From: a virus
Direction: 5' to 3' (one strand)
Virus record (IMG/VR): IMGVR_UViG_3300042484_001802
Length of the DNA stretch: 64,000 nt
Shown: positions 41,432 to 50,998 of the stretch, piece by piece
Position numbering within the stretch: the first letter of the stretch is position 1
Layout of the letters: each line of letters opens with the position of its first letter
Program-made: the position numbers and the translations under genes
Notes under the pieces: generated by a model
Databases searched by the model: none
Told to the model about the DNA's origin: nothing
Seen by the model: the letters and a program-made list of their open reading frames with translations, nothing else

Positions 41432-41911
41432 TTACTCAATAAAATTCCAAGGGTGTAAGGTAACCCCCACCACAAATAGATGTTCGTCCAATAATAGGGT
41501 GACTCTTTCAATACCTAAATGAACATCCCTACTACCTTCACTATCAACTATATATTCACTCCAATCTAATTGAAGAATGTGTTCAAATGTATCTTCGCCA
41601 TCATCGGTTAATGGTTCAACTTCAATTTCCACTTCAATATCCCTAGGACCGCGCACATTGGTTATTTCAATAGAATCAATCCCCCAACCCCTTAAAGTCA
41701 TATATAGGTCATAGACAATATTCATTTTACCAATTGGGTTAACATTATAAATTCTTTGCCCATCATATTGGCGCGGATGTTCAATTTCAACCTCAACATC
41801 GGTTCTGAAATCAAGTAAATCCTTACCTATACTTTCATTGATAAGACCTTTAGATAGGTTTTCAGCTAAGTTTTGAACCTGTTTTCTTTTTAATTTTATT
41901 GTTTTTGGCAT
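41432..41911 (-). CDS. Hypothetical acidic protein (possible head-packaged protein)
   Basis: 159 aa; minus-strand TATTTAT at 41933-41939; basic leader ending LINE. Confidence 0.55.
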   Translation of the reverse strand: MPKTIKLKRKQVQNLAENLSKGLINESIGKDLLDFRTDVEVEIEHPRQYDGQRIYNVNPIGKMNIVYDLYMTLRGWGIDSIEITNVRGPRDIEVEIEVEPLTDDGEDTFEHILQLDWSEYIVDSEGSRDVHLGIERVTLLLDEHLFVVGVTLHPWNFIE

Positions 41912-41954
41912 AAAATTATATACTAATTTATAATAAATAGTTATATTATGCGAG

Positions 41955-42392
41955 ATGGTAACTTACATATTGTTTATTTATGCAAATTTTGAGGATCACG
42001 AGGACGTCGAGTTCTTTTGTACCGAACATTTCTCTCAAATATCTGAAAGAGGAGTTAAATACGTCATTGAAAAGGACGGTAATTGTATTATAATATTCGA
42101 ATCGGATAAAGATAAGGATAAATTAGATTCTGATTTAGAGGATTTATTGGATATTGAGCAAATAAACTTCTATTTTCTATTTGAACGGGCGTCAGTGGTA
42201 TCCGTATTTTTACCTGAAACCATCAAAGATTTCATATTTAAACCCCTAGAAAACGAGAATGTTAAACTTAAAATAACGGCTAATCGTAATCAAAAACACG
42301 ACCTAGATGACATCTTAGAAAAGATTGAAAATGGGGGGATTGAGAGCTTGACACTAGAAGAAAAAAAATTTCTGGATGATTTTGGAAAATAA
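41955..42392 (+). CDS. Hypothetical protein with DUF6576-like C-terminus
   Basis: LDDILEKIENGGIESLTLEEKKFL resembles the helical tail of Bacteroidota rhomboid proteases. Confidence 0.55.
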   Translation: MVTYILFIYANFEDHEDVEFFCTEHFSQISERGVKYVIEKDGNCIIIFESDKDKDKLDSDLEDLLDIEQINFYFLFERASVVSVFLPETIKDFIFKPLENENVKLKITANRNQKHDLDDILEKIENGGIESLTLEEKKFLDDFGK

Positions 42393-42412
42393 CTGGAAAA
42401 ATCGTACTATTG
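42381..42412 (+). promoter_or_regulatory. Bacteroidota-type -33/-7 promoter for the sigma gene
   Basis: TTTG (42381-84), 20 nt, TACTATTG (42405-12). Confidence 0.55.
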
Positions 42413-42433
42413 CTATACAAAACCCAAAAACGA

Positions 42434-43240
42434 ATGAAAAATACCAGCCCAATGGTTAAAACCGAAGAACTAAAATATTACATCAAGGATTTAAAAAGAA
42501 TCCCAGTAATAGAAGCGCAAAGAGAATTTGAAATTTTCATGGCGTTTAAAAACAAAGAGACAACTAAAGAACAAAAAAACGCTTTAGTTGAAGAATTGAT
42601 TTTAGGTAATTTAAGATTTGTTATTTCCGTTGCTAAGATGTATCAAAATCAAGGAATGGATTTATTGGATTTAATTTCAGAAGGCAATATTGGTTTGATG
42701 AAAGCCATTGATCGATTTGACGTTACTTCTGGTTTTAAATTTATATCATATGCTGTGTGGTGGGTGAAACAATCTATAATGCAGTCGTTAACGGAAAATT
42801 CAAGAACAATAAGAATACCGTCAAACGTTTTGCAAGATATTCAAAAGCAAAAGAAAATAAAAAATGAAGAGGATAGTTACCTTATCGAATACAATGATAA
42901 TGTTTTAATCGGTATTCCAACAACAGTTGATTTATATAAAGAAATAAATGAAGATGGTGACACATTAATAGAAGTTATTGCTAATCCTAATTCAATTGAC
43001 CCTATGGAATCTATGAATAATCTTGATGAGATTAAGAAAAAGATGAAGTATATGTTAGCAATCCTAGATGACAGAGAGAAAACCATTATTGAGGGTTATT
43101 TTGGTTTGTGTGGTACCGAAAGAAACCTAGATGACCTAGGTGAAGAATTTGGTTGCACCAAAGAACGTATTAGACAATTAAAAGATAAAGCAATTAAGAA
43201 ATTGCGAAACGAGAGTTTTGGACTCCTAAACTATTTATAA
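42434..43240 (+). CDS. RNA polymerase sigma-70 factor, RpoD/SigA-like lacking region 1.1
   Basis: NLRFVISVAK, DLISEGNIGLMKAIDRFD, FISYAVWW, RTIRIP, TKERIRQ; ATG 42434 preferred. Confidence 0.92.
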   Translation: MKNTSPMVKTEELKYYIKDLKRIPVIEAQREFEIFMAFKNKETTKEQKNALVEELILGNLRFVISVAKMYQNQGMDLLDLISEGNIGLMKAIDRFDVTSGFKFISYAVWWVKQSIMQSLTENSRTIRIPSNVLQDIQKQKKIKNEEDSYLIEYNDNVLIGIPTTVDLYKEINEDGDTLIEVIANPNSIDPMESMNNLDEIKKKMKYMLAILDDREKTIIEGYFGLCGTERNLDDLGEEFGCTKERIRQLKDKAIKKLRNESFGLLNYL

Positions 43241-43257
43241 AAGTAAAAATTAAAGAC

Positions 43258-43551
43258 ATGAAAAAGTTAATTGATTTAATTAAAACATATAAACTACAAA
43301 TATTGGTAGTTTTAACACTTTTTTTCTTCTTTCGCTCTTGTAGTAATTCAAGTAAAGTGACTAAGTTAGAAAAAAATGAAAAGAAAAATATTGCGACAAT
43401 AGATAGTATCAATATTGCACATAAAAATGACAAAATCGCAATTCATAGTTTTTACGATAATTGGATTACACAAAAAGATAGAGGACCGCAGTTAATGGAA
43501 TTACATTTTATCGTTAAAGAAAATCTAAAAAAAGAACAAGAATCTAAATGA
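43258..43551 (+). CDS. Small membrane-anchored protein, possible lipoprotein
   Basis: Hydrophobic stretch ending FRSC; TATTTAT at 43232. Confidence 0.5.
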   Translation: MKKLIDLIKTYKLQILVVLTLFFFFRSCSNSSKVTKLEKNEKKNIATIDSINIAHKNDKIAIHSFYDNWITQKDRGPQLMELHFIVKENLKKEQESK

Positions 43552-45092
43552 AACATTGGCTTAATACACATTATAAAACATTAATTGTTGCTGCGTTTTT
43601 GATACCAATCATAACTGTGGCAATAGTTTCAATATCTCACGTTACCCAATGGTACGGGATATCAAATCCCATTAGCTGGGCAATATATCTTTCAATAGGT
43701 ATTGAGATTGCAGCATTATCGGCATTAGCCGCCATCTCAGCAAACATGGGCAAGAAGGTGTATTTCCCATTTGCAATCGTTACCCTAGTTCAATTTATTG
43801 GTAATGTATTTTTTGCATATTCATACATTGATATTGATTCAAAATCTTTCCAGGATTGGGTGGGTTTAGTTTCCCCGTTATTAGAATTAACTGGGGTTGA
43901 ATCAACTGACTTTGTTGGTCATAAAAGATTTTTAGCGTTTTTTGCTGGGGGTATGTTACCAATAATATCTTTATCTTTCTTACATATGTTGGTTAAATTC
44001 ACAGAAGAAGATAGAGTTATTCAATCTAAAGAAGAAACTAAACCAGTTGAACCTACACAAACAATCGAACAATTAAAAGATTTTGTTGATGAAACAACAA
44101 GATTACGTTTATCTGAAAATGATTTAAAGATACTTGAAGAGGCATTATTAAATCCACCACCACCAAACGAGGCGTTATTAAAGGCGGCTGAAGAACGCAA
44201 AAGAAGAGGTGAGTTATTAAAGGAAATAATGAAGAACGACCAAGAGTTGGGTTTATATGATGAAGAACCTTATGCTGGTGCAAGCATATTCCCTAAAGAA
44301 GTGGAGTATACGGATGAATATAGTAAACCATTATATGAAAATCCAATACCAACACCTGTTGAACCACAAGTTGATTTAGAATTGGTTGAAGAAGAACCAG
44401 AAGAAGATATTTCTGATTGGGATGTGACGCTAATGGATGGGTTAGAAGATGAAGAACCATTTTTCACTGAAAAAGAAACGGAGAATATTTTCCAAGAAGA
44501 ACCAACAGAGGAAGAAATCCATGTAAATTTTTCCATTATAGAACCTGAAACGGAGAATATTTTCCAAGATAATACCACAGAAACTTTGGTTCCTGAAGAA
44601 GTGATTTCTAATTTATTAAATGAACTTATTGAAGATGTCGATAATCAGGAATTAAGAACAGAAGAACAAGTTCCTGAGTTATTTGTAATGCCAGAAGAGG
44701 TTGAAACGTTTAAAATAGATATTCGAGCAATTAACGAAATATTAAATGACGTTAATGAGGTTATTGATAACGAAGAAGACGACTTAAAAAAAAAAGATGA
44801 GCTAGAAATAACATCATCAATTGAAATTGTTGAAACACCTACGCCAACCCCAACGCCTACTGAAACACAATTAAATCGAGATACCGATTCATTATATTGG
44901 GAATCCGGTGAAAACCCAATCCCATTAGTTGATGATGAATCACCAACACAAGTAACTTACGAAGACAACACAAACGAATCACCAATTGAAGAATCGGAAC
45001 AATTTAATCCTTTTGGTTCTATTTTTCCAAGAGGTGGAAGTAAAATAATACCTAGAAATGTTAGAAATACGAAACGTAGAGGTTTTAGATAA
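43548..45092 (+). CDS. Four-TM membrane protein with long acidic low-complexity tail
   Basis: Four hydrophobic helices in aa 12-150, then Glu/Pro-rich tail; 23-bp exact repeat at 44475 and 44547. Confidence 0.7.
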   Translation: MKHWLNTHYKTLIVAAFLIPIITVAIVSISHVTQWYGISNPISWAIYLSIGIEIAALSALAAISANMGKKVYFPFAIVTLVQFIGNVFFAYSYIDIDSKSFQDWVGLVSPLLELTGVESTDFVGHKRFLAFFAGGMLPIISLSFLHMLVKFTEEDRVIQSKEETKPVEPTQTIEQLKDFVDETTRLRLSENDLKILEEALLNPPPPNEALLKAAEERKRRGELLKEIMKNDQELGLYDEEPYAGASIFPKEVEYTDEYSKPLYENPIPTPVEPQVDLELVEEEPEEDISDWDVTLMDGLEDEEPFFTEKETENIFQEEPTEEEIHVNFSIIEPETENIFQDNTTETLVPEEVISNLLNELIEDVDNQELRTEEQVPELFVMPEEVETFKIDIRAINEILNDVNEVIDNEEDDLKKKDELEITSSIEIVETPTPTPTPTETQLNRDTDSLYWESGENPIPLVDDESPTQVTYEDNTNESPIEESEQFNPFGSIFPRGGSKIIPRNVRNTKRRGFR

Positions 45093-45684
45093 GACACTTT
45101 TGAATGTCAAAAAAAGAAAATCTAAAAAAACACAAATATTATTACATGACACTCATAGACGGTTAGATGAGTACATTATGATGTTAAAACATAGAAAGGA
45201 TGGGAAATATGAAGATATTCCCCATTTTTGTATTGATAAACTAGGTAATATCTATAAAATATTTGAACCAGAATATTCATCAAACACATTTAAGATACCT
45301 AAAATAGATAATGGGCAAATTAAAATTGCCATTGAAAATCTAGGTTGGTTAAATAAACATAGTGTAACTGGTATACTTTTTAATTGGATTAATAGCCCAT
45401 ATAGAGCCGACCCCTACATTAAGAATTGGCGCAATTATAGTTTTTGGGATAGGTACACCGAACCTCAAATGAATTCCTTGGCGGAGTTATGTATGGTACT
45501 CTGTGTTGAGTACGATATTAACTATCACTGCGTACCATCATCTGGTTATATTGAAAATTGTGAAAAGTTCCGCGGAATATTAAGTAAATCCAATTTCTCG
45601 AATATTTATACTGATATAAACCCTTCATTTAATTTTAATATATTCGAAGAACATGTCAAACAAGCAGAACTGGGGATACGATGA
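45058..45684 (+). CDS. N-acetylmuramoyl-L-alanine amidase-like protein, possibly inactive
   Basis: ILLHDT, PHFCIDKLGNIY, IAIENLG, YTEPQMNSL; second Zn-ligand His not evident. Confidence 0.7.
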   Translation: MLEIRNVEVLDKTLLNVKKRKSKKTQILLHDTHRRLDEYIMMLKHRKDGKYEDIPHFCIDKLGNIYKIFEPEYSSNTFKIPKIDNGQIKIAIENLGWLNKHSVTGILFNWINSPYRADPYIKNWRNYSFWDRYTEPQMNSLAELCMVLCVEYDINYHCVPSSGYIENCEKFRGILSKSNFSNIYTDINPSFNFNIFEEHVKQAELGIR

Positions 45685-46165
45685 TACAAAAAAGATGTTA
45701 AACAAACTTAGAACGTTAAACGAATCTAAGTCAAACACATCGTCAATCCTTAAAGAAGATATCCAACAAACTGAACCAACACCAGATAATGGGGTTGATT
45801 ACACAGTAATAAACGACGTTGAGGTGAAAATTCACTCATCCGATGAAAAAGATTTAATGATTTCAGACGAAGAGAAACAAGCAATTTCACAATTAATTGA
45901 TAATTTCCGTCAGCAAGTAGCTGAATTAGCAGAATTTGAAGAGGGATTTAACATCACCACAGATGAGGTTAGATTAGATGGTACAATACCAGACAACGAT
46001 ATTAGTTTTGTCTTTGTTATTGGATCTGAGAGTGGTGTGTATGTTAATTGCGACATGACTAAGTTAGAACCAGAAGTTATTCAAGTAATGGATAAACTTG
46101 AAAAATTCTATCACACATTTAGTGATTCCGCTAATGATTTCATTTTAAATAGAAAAAACAATTAA
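45653..46165 (+). CDS. Hypothetical acidic protein (putative head-associated)
   Basis: 170 aa; LNE/LKE motifs after a basic leader; TATTTAT at 45603. Confidence 0.55.
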   Translation: MSNKQNWGYDDTKKMLNKLRTLNESKSNTSSILKEDIQQTEPTPDNGVDYTVINDVEVKIHSSDEKDLMISDEEKQAISQLIDNFRQQVAELAEFEEGFNITTDEVRLDGTIPDNDISFVFVIGSESGVYVNCDMTKLEPEVIQVMDKLEKFYHTFSDSANDFILNRKNN

Positions 46166-46166
46166 A

Positions 46167-46406
46167 ATGGCATTAAGTAACGACGATAAGAAGGAAATTG
46201 AAAAAATAGCCAAAAAGGAAATCAAGGATTTCTTAGACACAACTAAGGCACACGAAATTGTAATTAAAATCATTCAGAAAGAACTAGGTTCAAAAAAAAT
46301 TGATGATAAGATAGTTGAGTTGTCAACTAAAGTTGTTGTTGAGTTATTCAAAACCTTATGGCAAAGAAAAGGTTTCTGGGAATCAGCACTTAAAAGCGTT
46401 AAATAA
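46167..46406 (+). CDS. Hypothetical helical protein
   Basis: 79 aa, coupled to neighbours. Confidence 0.55.
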   Translation: MALSNDDKKEIEKIAKKEIKDFLDTTKAHEIVIKIIQKELGSKKIDDKIVELSTKVVVELFKTLWQRKGFWESALKSVK

Positions 46407-47296
46407 TGCAGTATACTAAGCCAAATTTAAACCGCGAATGGAATGAAGCACGTAGATACTCATTTTTAAAAAAAATGGGAAAGAAGGCGTGGGTTGAGTT
46501 TGCTAGTAAAAATTTTCAGATTTTAAATTATGAATCAATTAAAGACCAATTAGGTAATGTTGATTTAGATTATGAAAATTTAGATAAAGATAAGAAAATA
46601 CGCTTTGAAAGGGACTTTAAGAAAGGTGTTATTGAAATACCGATAGCTGTTAAAATATACGAGGATTATTACGATTTAGTAGGTGGTAACACAAGGTTAG
46701 CCGGTTTGATTAAAAACAACATAAACCCAAAACTATGGGTAATAGATGCGACGGATAAGATAGATGTTGAAGACCCAATAGAAGAAAGTAAAAATATTAT
46801 GAAAAAAGAGAATAAAGAATCAACCGACGCATCGTCATCTGGAGCATTTTCAGCCCCACTAGGCGCTAAAAACAAAGGTCTTGGTAAAGTTATAAAGAAA
46901 CCAATTTCTGGGCTTAAAAACAGCAAGAAATACAATGTTGAGCAAGATATGGACGAAGCTACTGACGCTTCATCATCCGGGGCTTATGATGTACCATTCG
47001 GCGCTGGTGGTAAATCACCATTAAAGATTGGTGGACCAAGCAGTGTTAAAACTAGTAGAGCGGTTAAAGATAAAAATTTTCCTAAGTGGGGTGGTCCTGG
47101 AGGTGTTTATGTTGCGGTAAAGGAAAAATGTAAAAAGTTTCCTTATTGTAACCAAGGGGATATTAATTCACTAGAGTTTATTTCGGAAGTAGAGGGTTTA
47201 AAGGAAGCAATTAACGAAGTTGCAAAAAAACACGGGTTTTCACCTAAAGAAGTTGAAAAATTAGTATTAAATGAAATAAAACAGATATTTATTTAG
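46406..47296 (+). CDS. Hypothetical protein with ParB/Srx-like N-domain and duplicated E-[SA]-TDASSSGA motif
   Basis: PIAV...LVGGNTRL resembles ParB-like GxxR; ESTDASSSGAF and EATDASSSGAY repeats. Confidence 0.55.
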   Translation: MQYTKPNLNREWNEARRYSFLKKMGKKAWVEFASKNFQILNYESIKDQLGNVDLDYENLDKDKKIRFERDFKKGVIEIPIAVKIYEDYYDLVGGNTRLAGLIKNNINPKLWVIDATDKIDVEDPIEESKNIMKKENKESTDASSSGAFSAPLGAKNKGLGKVIKKPISGLKNSKKYNVEQDMDEATDASSSGAYDVPFGAGGKSPLKIGGPSSVKTSRAVKDKNFPKWGGPGGVYVAVKEKCKKFPYCNQGDINSLEFISEVEGLKEAINEVAKKHGFSPKEVEKLVLNEIKQIFI

Positions 47297-47297
47297 T

Positions 47298-48623
47298 ATG
47301 AAAGTTAACGAATTAAAACAACTAATAGAAAATACCCTTGCTAAAGAGGTTAAAAAAGCAATATTAGAAAGTGCTGACGAAGTATATATAATAAAAAATA
47401 AAGAAGGTGAACCTATTGAAATGTGTGCAACTCAAGAAGAAGCAGACGAAAAATTAGATAGCTACCAAAAATCAGGTAAAGAATTCATCATCGAAAAAGA
47501 ACCAAAACCATCCATTGACGAATTAGACGAAATGGGTGAAAATTTAGAAAACATGGAAACAGAAAAACAACCAATGGAAGGAAATGAGTTCACAGGAGCT
47601 CTTAAAGCAGCTAAAGATGCTGGTGAAAAATCATTCACAGTAGATGGTAAAGAATATGATGTTGAAGAATGCTGGTCCAAACAAATGGAAGAAGATGAGT
47701 GTATGGAATGTGGTTCAAATATGAAAGAAGGTGATGACTCTGAACACAGCAAAAAATTTGATATGGCAATAGATACTTCAAAATATAAGTTTTTAAAGAA
47801 CATAAATACTAAAACTTCAAAAGATAAAACACCTGAAGAACATAATGAATCAATGGGCGACTCTGAAGACAAATATTCATTCAATAAATTAAAATTTGAA
47901 CCAAAATCAGAAGAAGGTGAAGTATCAGAAGATGATGCTCAAATGTGCTCTGAGTGCGGTTCTCAAATGTACGAAGGTGTGTGTAATGAGTGTGGTGGCG
48001 CAATGAATGAAAGCAAGAAAAGAAAGGTTAAATTAACTGAAAGTGAATTAGTTGACTTCATTAATAAAATAGTAAAAGAATCTGTTCCAGGTTTAAGAAT
48101 TGCTACTGATATGAAAAGTAAAAGTGGTAAAATTAATACTGACGCAAACAAAGAAACTGGTGATAAAATCAAAAAGTCATTAAATTTTGAGAATAATAAT
48201 AATCCAGATTTCCCTAATCAAATAGGTAAAGAAAAAGAAAAAGCAGCTAGAACAAATTCAGAAGATGAAGATGAATATGTTCAAGATTGGAGAGGTGGGT
48301 CAATGTTAGATTTAAAATATGATAGTGAGCCATCAGATCAATTTAAAGATAGATTAAAGAAAGCATTAGAAGGTGACAAAACAACTGGAAACGCACAAGA
48401 TGGTGACGTTGCTAATGTAATCAAAAGTGATTTAGGTAAAAAAATAGCGAAAGCGGTAGAAAGAAAAAAAGAAAACGTTAAAAAGATGCCATTGTACAAA
48501 AAAGATATTCAACCATCGAAAGAAACATCGTCGGTTAATGAATCTTTAAAAACCAAATCAGTTCTTAATGAGGAAATCAAAAGAATGAAGGATATGGTTC
48601 AGTACAATAAAAAAACTCAATAA
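47298..48623 (+). CDS. Acidic putative prohead core/internal protein with CxxC motifs
   Basis: CMECG, CSECG..CNECG; many [ILV]-x-E sites; TATTTAT at 47286. Confidence 0.5.
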   Translation: MKVNELKQLIENTLAKEVKKAILESADEVYIIKNKEGEPIEMCATQEEADEKLDSYQKSGKEFIIEKEPKPSIDELDEMGENLENMETEKQPMEGNEFTGALKAAKDAGEKSFTVDGKEYDVEECWSKQMEEDECMECGSNMKEGDDSEHSKKFDMAIDTSKYKFLKNINTKTSKDKTPEEHNESMGDSEDKYSFNKLKFEPKSEEGEVSEDDAQMCSECGSQMYEGVCNECGGAMNESKKRKVKLTESELVDFINKIVKESVPGLRIATDMKSKSGKINTDANKETGDKIKKSLNFENNNNPDFPNQIGKEKEKAARTNSEDEDEYVQDWRGGSMLDLKYDSEPSDQFKDRLKKALEGDKTTGNAQDGDVANVIKSDLGKKIAKAVERKKENVKKMPLYKKDIQPSKETSSVNESLKTKSVLNEEIKRMKDMVQYNKKTQ

Positions 48624-48670
48624 TAACCTTTTAAATTTTCCTTTTATCCGCATATTTTAATATATTTGGG

Positions 48671-49127
48671 TATGAGAAAACAGGAAGGGTATTTAGAATT
48701 TATCTCCTCGGAAAACTACAAAAATCAAGTGGAGGTTTGGTATCGCGCTTATAATATTATACGCGAAAAGGTTGAATTGTTTCACGATTTAATCACAACT
48801 TTACACACTATTATCGAAGAAACCTACTTGGGTCCTGATGTTCTAAATGAAGACAAGGATCAAAAGGGGCATTTCGATTGGTGCTGGAGAAAAACCCTAT
48901 CTAATTTCGAGAAAGAGAACATTCATTTTAAAGAAAGTGGTGCCCACTATGACTATTTTTGGGCTTTTTTCCACGAAGCATTCTATATAAATGAGGTTGA
49001 AGGTAAGAACAATCGAATCAAAGATTATTTTTATAAGTTATTCACATTCAATTACAAAAAAACCAGATCTGAGTTAGATATCCTAACGGAAATATACAAG
49101 GTATTCGAGTCAAATATCAAAAAGTAA
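48671..49127 (+). CDS. Hypothetical protein (start approximate)
   Basis: About 151 aa aromatic-rich helical ORF; ATG two codons after the listed TTG. Confidence 0.55.
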
Positions 49128-49146
49128 AAAAAAACCTCGATATTGA

Positions 49147-49178
49147 CTTGTTAAACCGGGTTTTTTTATGTACATTAG
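49147..49178 (+). promoter_or_regulatory. Bacteroidota-type promoter upstream of the Hc1-like gene
   Basis: CTTG, 20 nt, TACATTAG. Confidence 0.5.
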
Positions 49179-49193
49179 ATCAAAATAATTACT

Positions 49194-49373
49194 ATGGAAA
49201 CTTTAAAGAAAATCAAAGAGCTTGTCGAAAAGATGTCTGTTGATACCCAAAAAGTGTTTGAAAAGGGAAATCGAAGTGCATCTATTAGAGCAAGAAAACA
49301 TGCACAAGAAATTAAAGCACTATTAGGTGTATACAGAAAAGATATTCTAGAAGAAATTAAAAAACATGATTAA
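49194..49373 (+). CDS. Histone H1-like (Hc1 family) small basic protein; absent from the ORF track
   Basis: Hand translation METLKKIKELVEKMSVDTQKVFEKGNRSASIRARKHAQEIKALLGVYRKDILEEIKKHD; KGN.SA..RARK is the Hc1 signature. Confidence 0.8.
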   Translation: METLKKIKELVEKMSVDTQKVFEKGNRSASIRARKHAQEIKALLGVYRKDILEEIKKHD

Positions 49374-49545
49374 ACAAATCGAAACTTTTTTATTGGTGCT
49401 CAGTTTAGTATACCTATTAAGGTTTGCTATTGAGTTTCTTCTTAAATTAAGAGATGAAAATCCTAAACCCATAGAGATTGCTAAAGTGAATCAAGTGTTC
49501 ATTTATTTAGCAATTTCATATGTGATAACATTTATTATTGTATAA
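49366..49545 (+). CDS. 59-aa two-TM membrane protein; absent from the ORF track
   Basis: MIKQIETFLLVLSLVYLLRFAIEFLLKLRDENPKPIEIAKVNQVFIYLAISYVITFIIV exactly fills the gap between neighbours. Confidence 0.65.
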   Translation: MIKQIETFLLVLSLVYLLRFAIEFLLKLRDENPKPIEIAKVNQVFIYLAISYVITFIIV

Positions 49546-49546
49546 C

Positions 49547-50020
49547 GTGTACGAACTAATATCAGATTTACGACCATATTTCTTTTCATTGCGAGAGATT
49601 GAAAAGAATGTCAGCTTAGACCTAAAAATACCAACAAACTGGAGGATAGAACATATCCAAGAAGTTGTGTCGCAATATAAATCAATGGGGTATAAAGTTC
49701 AAGACAAGAACGACAAATACCAATTAGTTTCATTAATTGCATTAGCAACACAAGAGGGGTATAACACTGCAAGGTCATGTGCCATAGAAATAATTAAATA
49801 CAATCTTGAATTAGAAGAAAAGGAAATATTATTTAAGGATAAGCAAAGGCAATTGCAAGAAGAATATCAAAACAAGATTAGAGAATTACAGGATCAATTT
49901 AAAAGCGAACCATTAGATAAATTAAAAGGAATTAATATTCAAAAAGAAGATGGAGAAACGGATAAAACAGGGGCTGGACTGGTTGAATCGGGAGATGGGG
50001 AAGGACCAGACGGAGATTGA
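49547..50020 (+). CDS. Hypothetical protein with C-terminal coiled coil
   Basis: GTG 49547 follows the upstream stop by 1 nt. Confidence 0.55.
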   Translation: MYELISDLRPYFFSLREIEKNVSLDLKIPTNWRIEHIQEVVSQYKSMGYKVQDKNDKYQLVSLIALATQEGYNTARSCAIEIIKYNLELEEKEILFKDKQRQLQEEYQNKIRELQDQFKSEPLDKLKGINIQKEDGETDKTGAGLVESGDGEGPDGD

Positions 50021-50153
50021 TTTGCATAAGCAAAAAGTAATAGAAGAAATAAAAAAAATAGATAAATCAAAATTCTTTCAACCTAAACCAAAGAAAAAGA
50101 TATCTATATTAGATAAGATATTAATGATTTTCGGATATGGAAAAAAAGGGTGA
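49950..50153 (+). CDS. Hypothetical basic protein
   Basis: 67 aa, overlaps both neighbours. Confidence 0.5.
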   Translation: MEKRIKQGLDWLNREMGKDQTEIDLHKQKVIEEIKKIDKSKFFQPKPKKKISILDKILMIFGYGKKG

Positions 50154-50370
50154 CTTATTTAATCAATTAGCGATAATATCTGATTTAGTTGAAAGGTGTA
50201 ACTTGGTTAGTGTCTCAAGTACAATTGTTTTTGAATTAAACAGAGCAGAGTTTGAAAAAGTTTATACTTTAGTTACTCGTAAAACTAAAATGAGCGGCGG
50301 TATGCCAAAAGACACTTTTAATATTCAAATAGGCGAGGTTAACATATTATTTAATATGAATAATGCCTAA
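50137..50370 (+). CDS. Hypothetical protein
   Basis: 77 aa, last gene of the + run. Confidence 0.5.
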   Translation: MEKKGDLFNQLAIISDLVERCNLVSVSSTIVFELNRAEFEKVYTLVTRKTKMSGGMPKDTFNIQIGEVNILFNMNNA

Positions 50371-50998
50371 ACAATTCATGCCTACTAAAACCCTTCGTGA
50401 TTAAAAAATCATAGAGTAGTTTTCTTTGGTAGGTTGTGATATCTTTAATGAAAAGAAAGTTCCTTCTTTTCTTCTTATGTAAATCATTTTTTACCAATTC
50501 AAATAATCTATCAGTATCATGTAGATTTTTGTTACCAAACACTTTGACATCATTTTCTATTTGAACGAATATTTTATTGTTCAATGTGAATATCTGACAA
50601 ATCTCCTCAATCCTATTAAGTTTGAACATCATTTCGTGATAACGGATGTGTTTTTTTTGTTCAAAATCATAGATACGTTCTTCTTCCCACCAAGGTATTA
50701 TTTCTTTAACCCTAAACTTAGGATCATCCAAGGACACCTCGATATTTCTACCTAGTTCGTCTTTTTTATATGCTTTATCAGTAGTTGACCATCTATTGAT
50801 GGGGTAAACTAGGAACAATTCAAAATTTAACTTAGTGCGCTTTCTACCTCTAATTTCAGCACAATATGTTGGTTTTCTTTGCGTTTTATACTCTGACCAG
50901 TAGTCCATAATAGTGCTACGTTTTGCACACTTATGTAGAACTTTCTTCTTTACACCATTTAGATATAAGATTATGAAATACTTAAAATTCTGCTTCAT
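50351..50998 (-). CDS. Hypothetical basic protein
   Basis: ATG 50998 preferred (ATGA overlap with upstream small ORF); Lys/Arg-rich. Confidence 0.6.
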   Translation of the reverse strand: MKQNFKYFIILYLNGVKKKVLHKCAKRSTIMDYWSEYKTQRKPTYCAEIRGRKRTKLNFELFLVYPINRWSTTDKAYKKDELGRNIEVSLDDPKFRVKEIIPWWEEERIYDFEQKKHIRYHEMMFKLNRIEEICQIFTLNNKIFVQIENDVKVFGNKNLHDTDRLFELVKNDLHKKKRRNFLFIKDITTYQRKLLYDFLITKGFSRHELFRHYSY

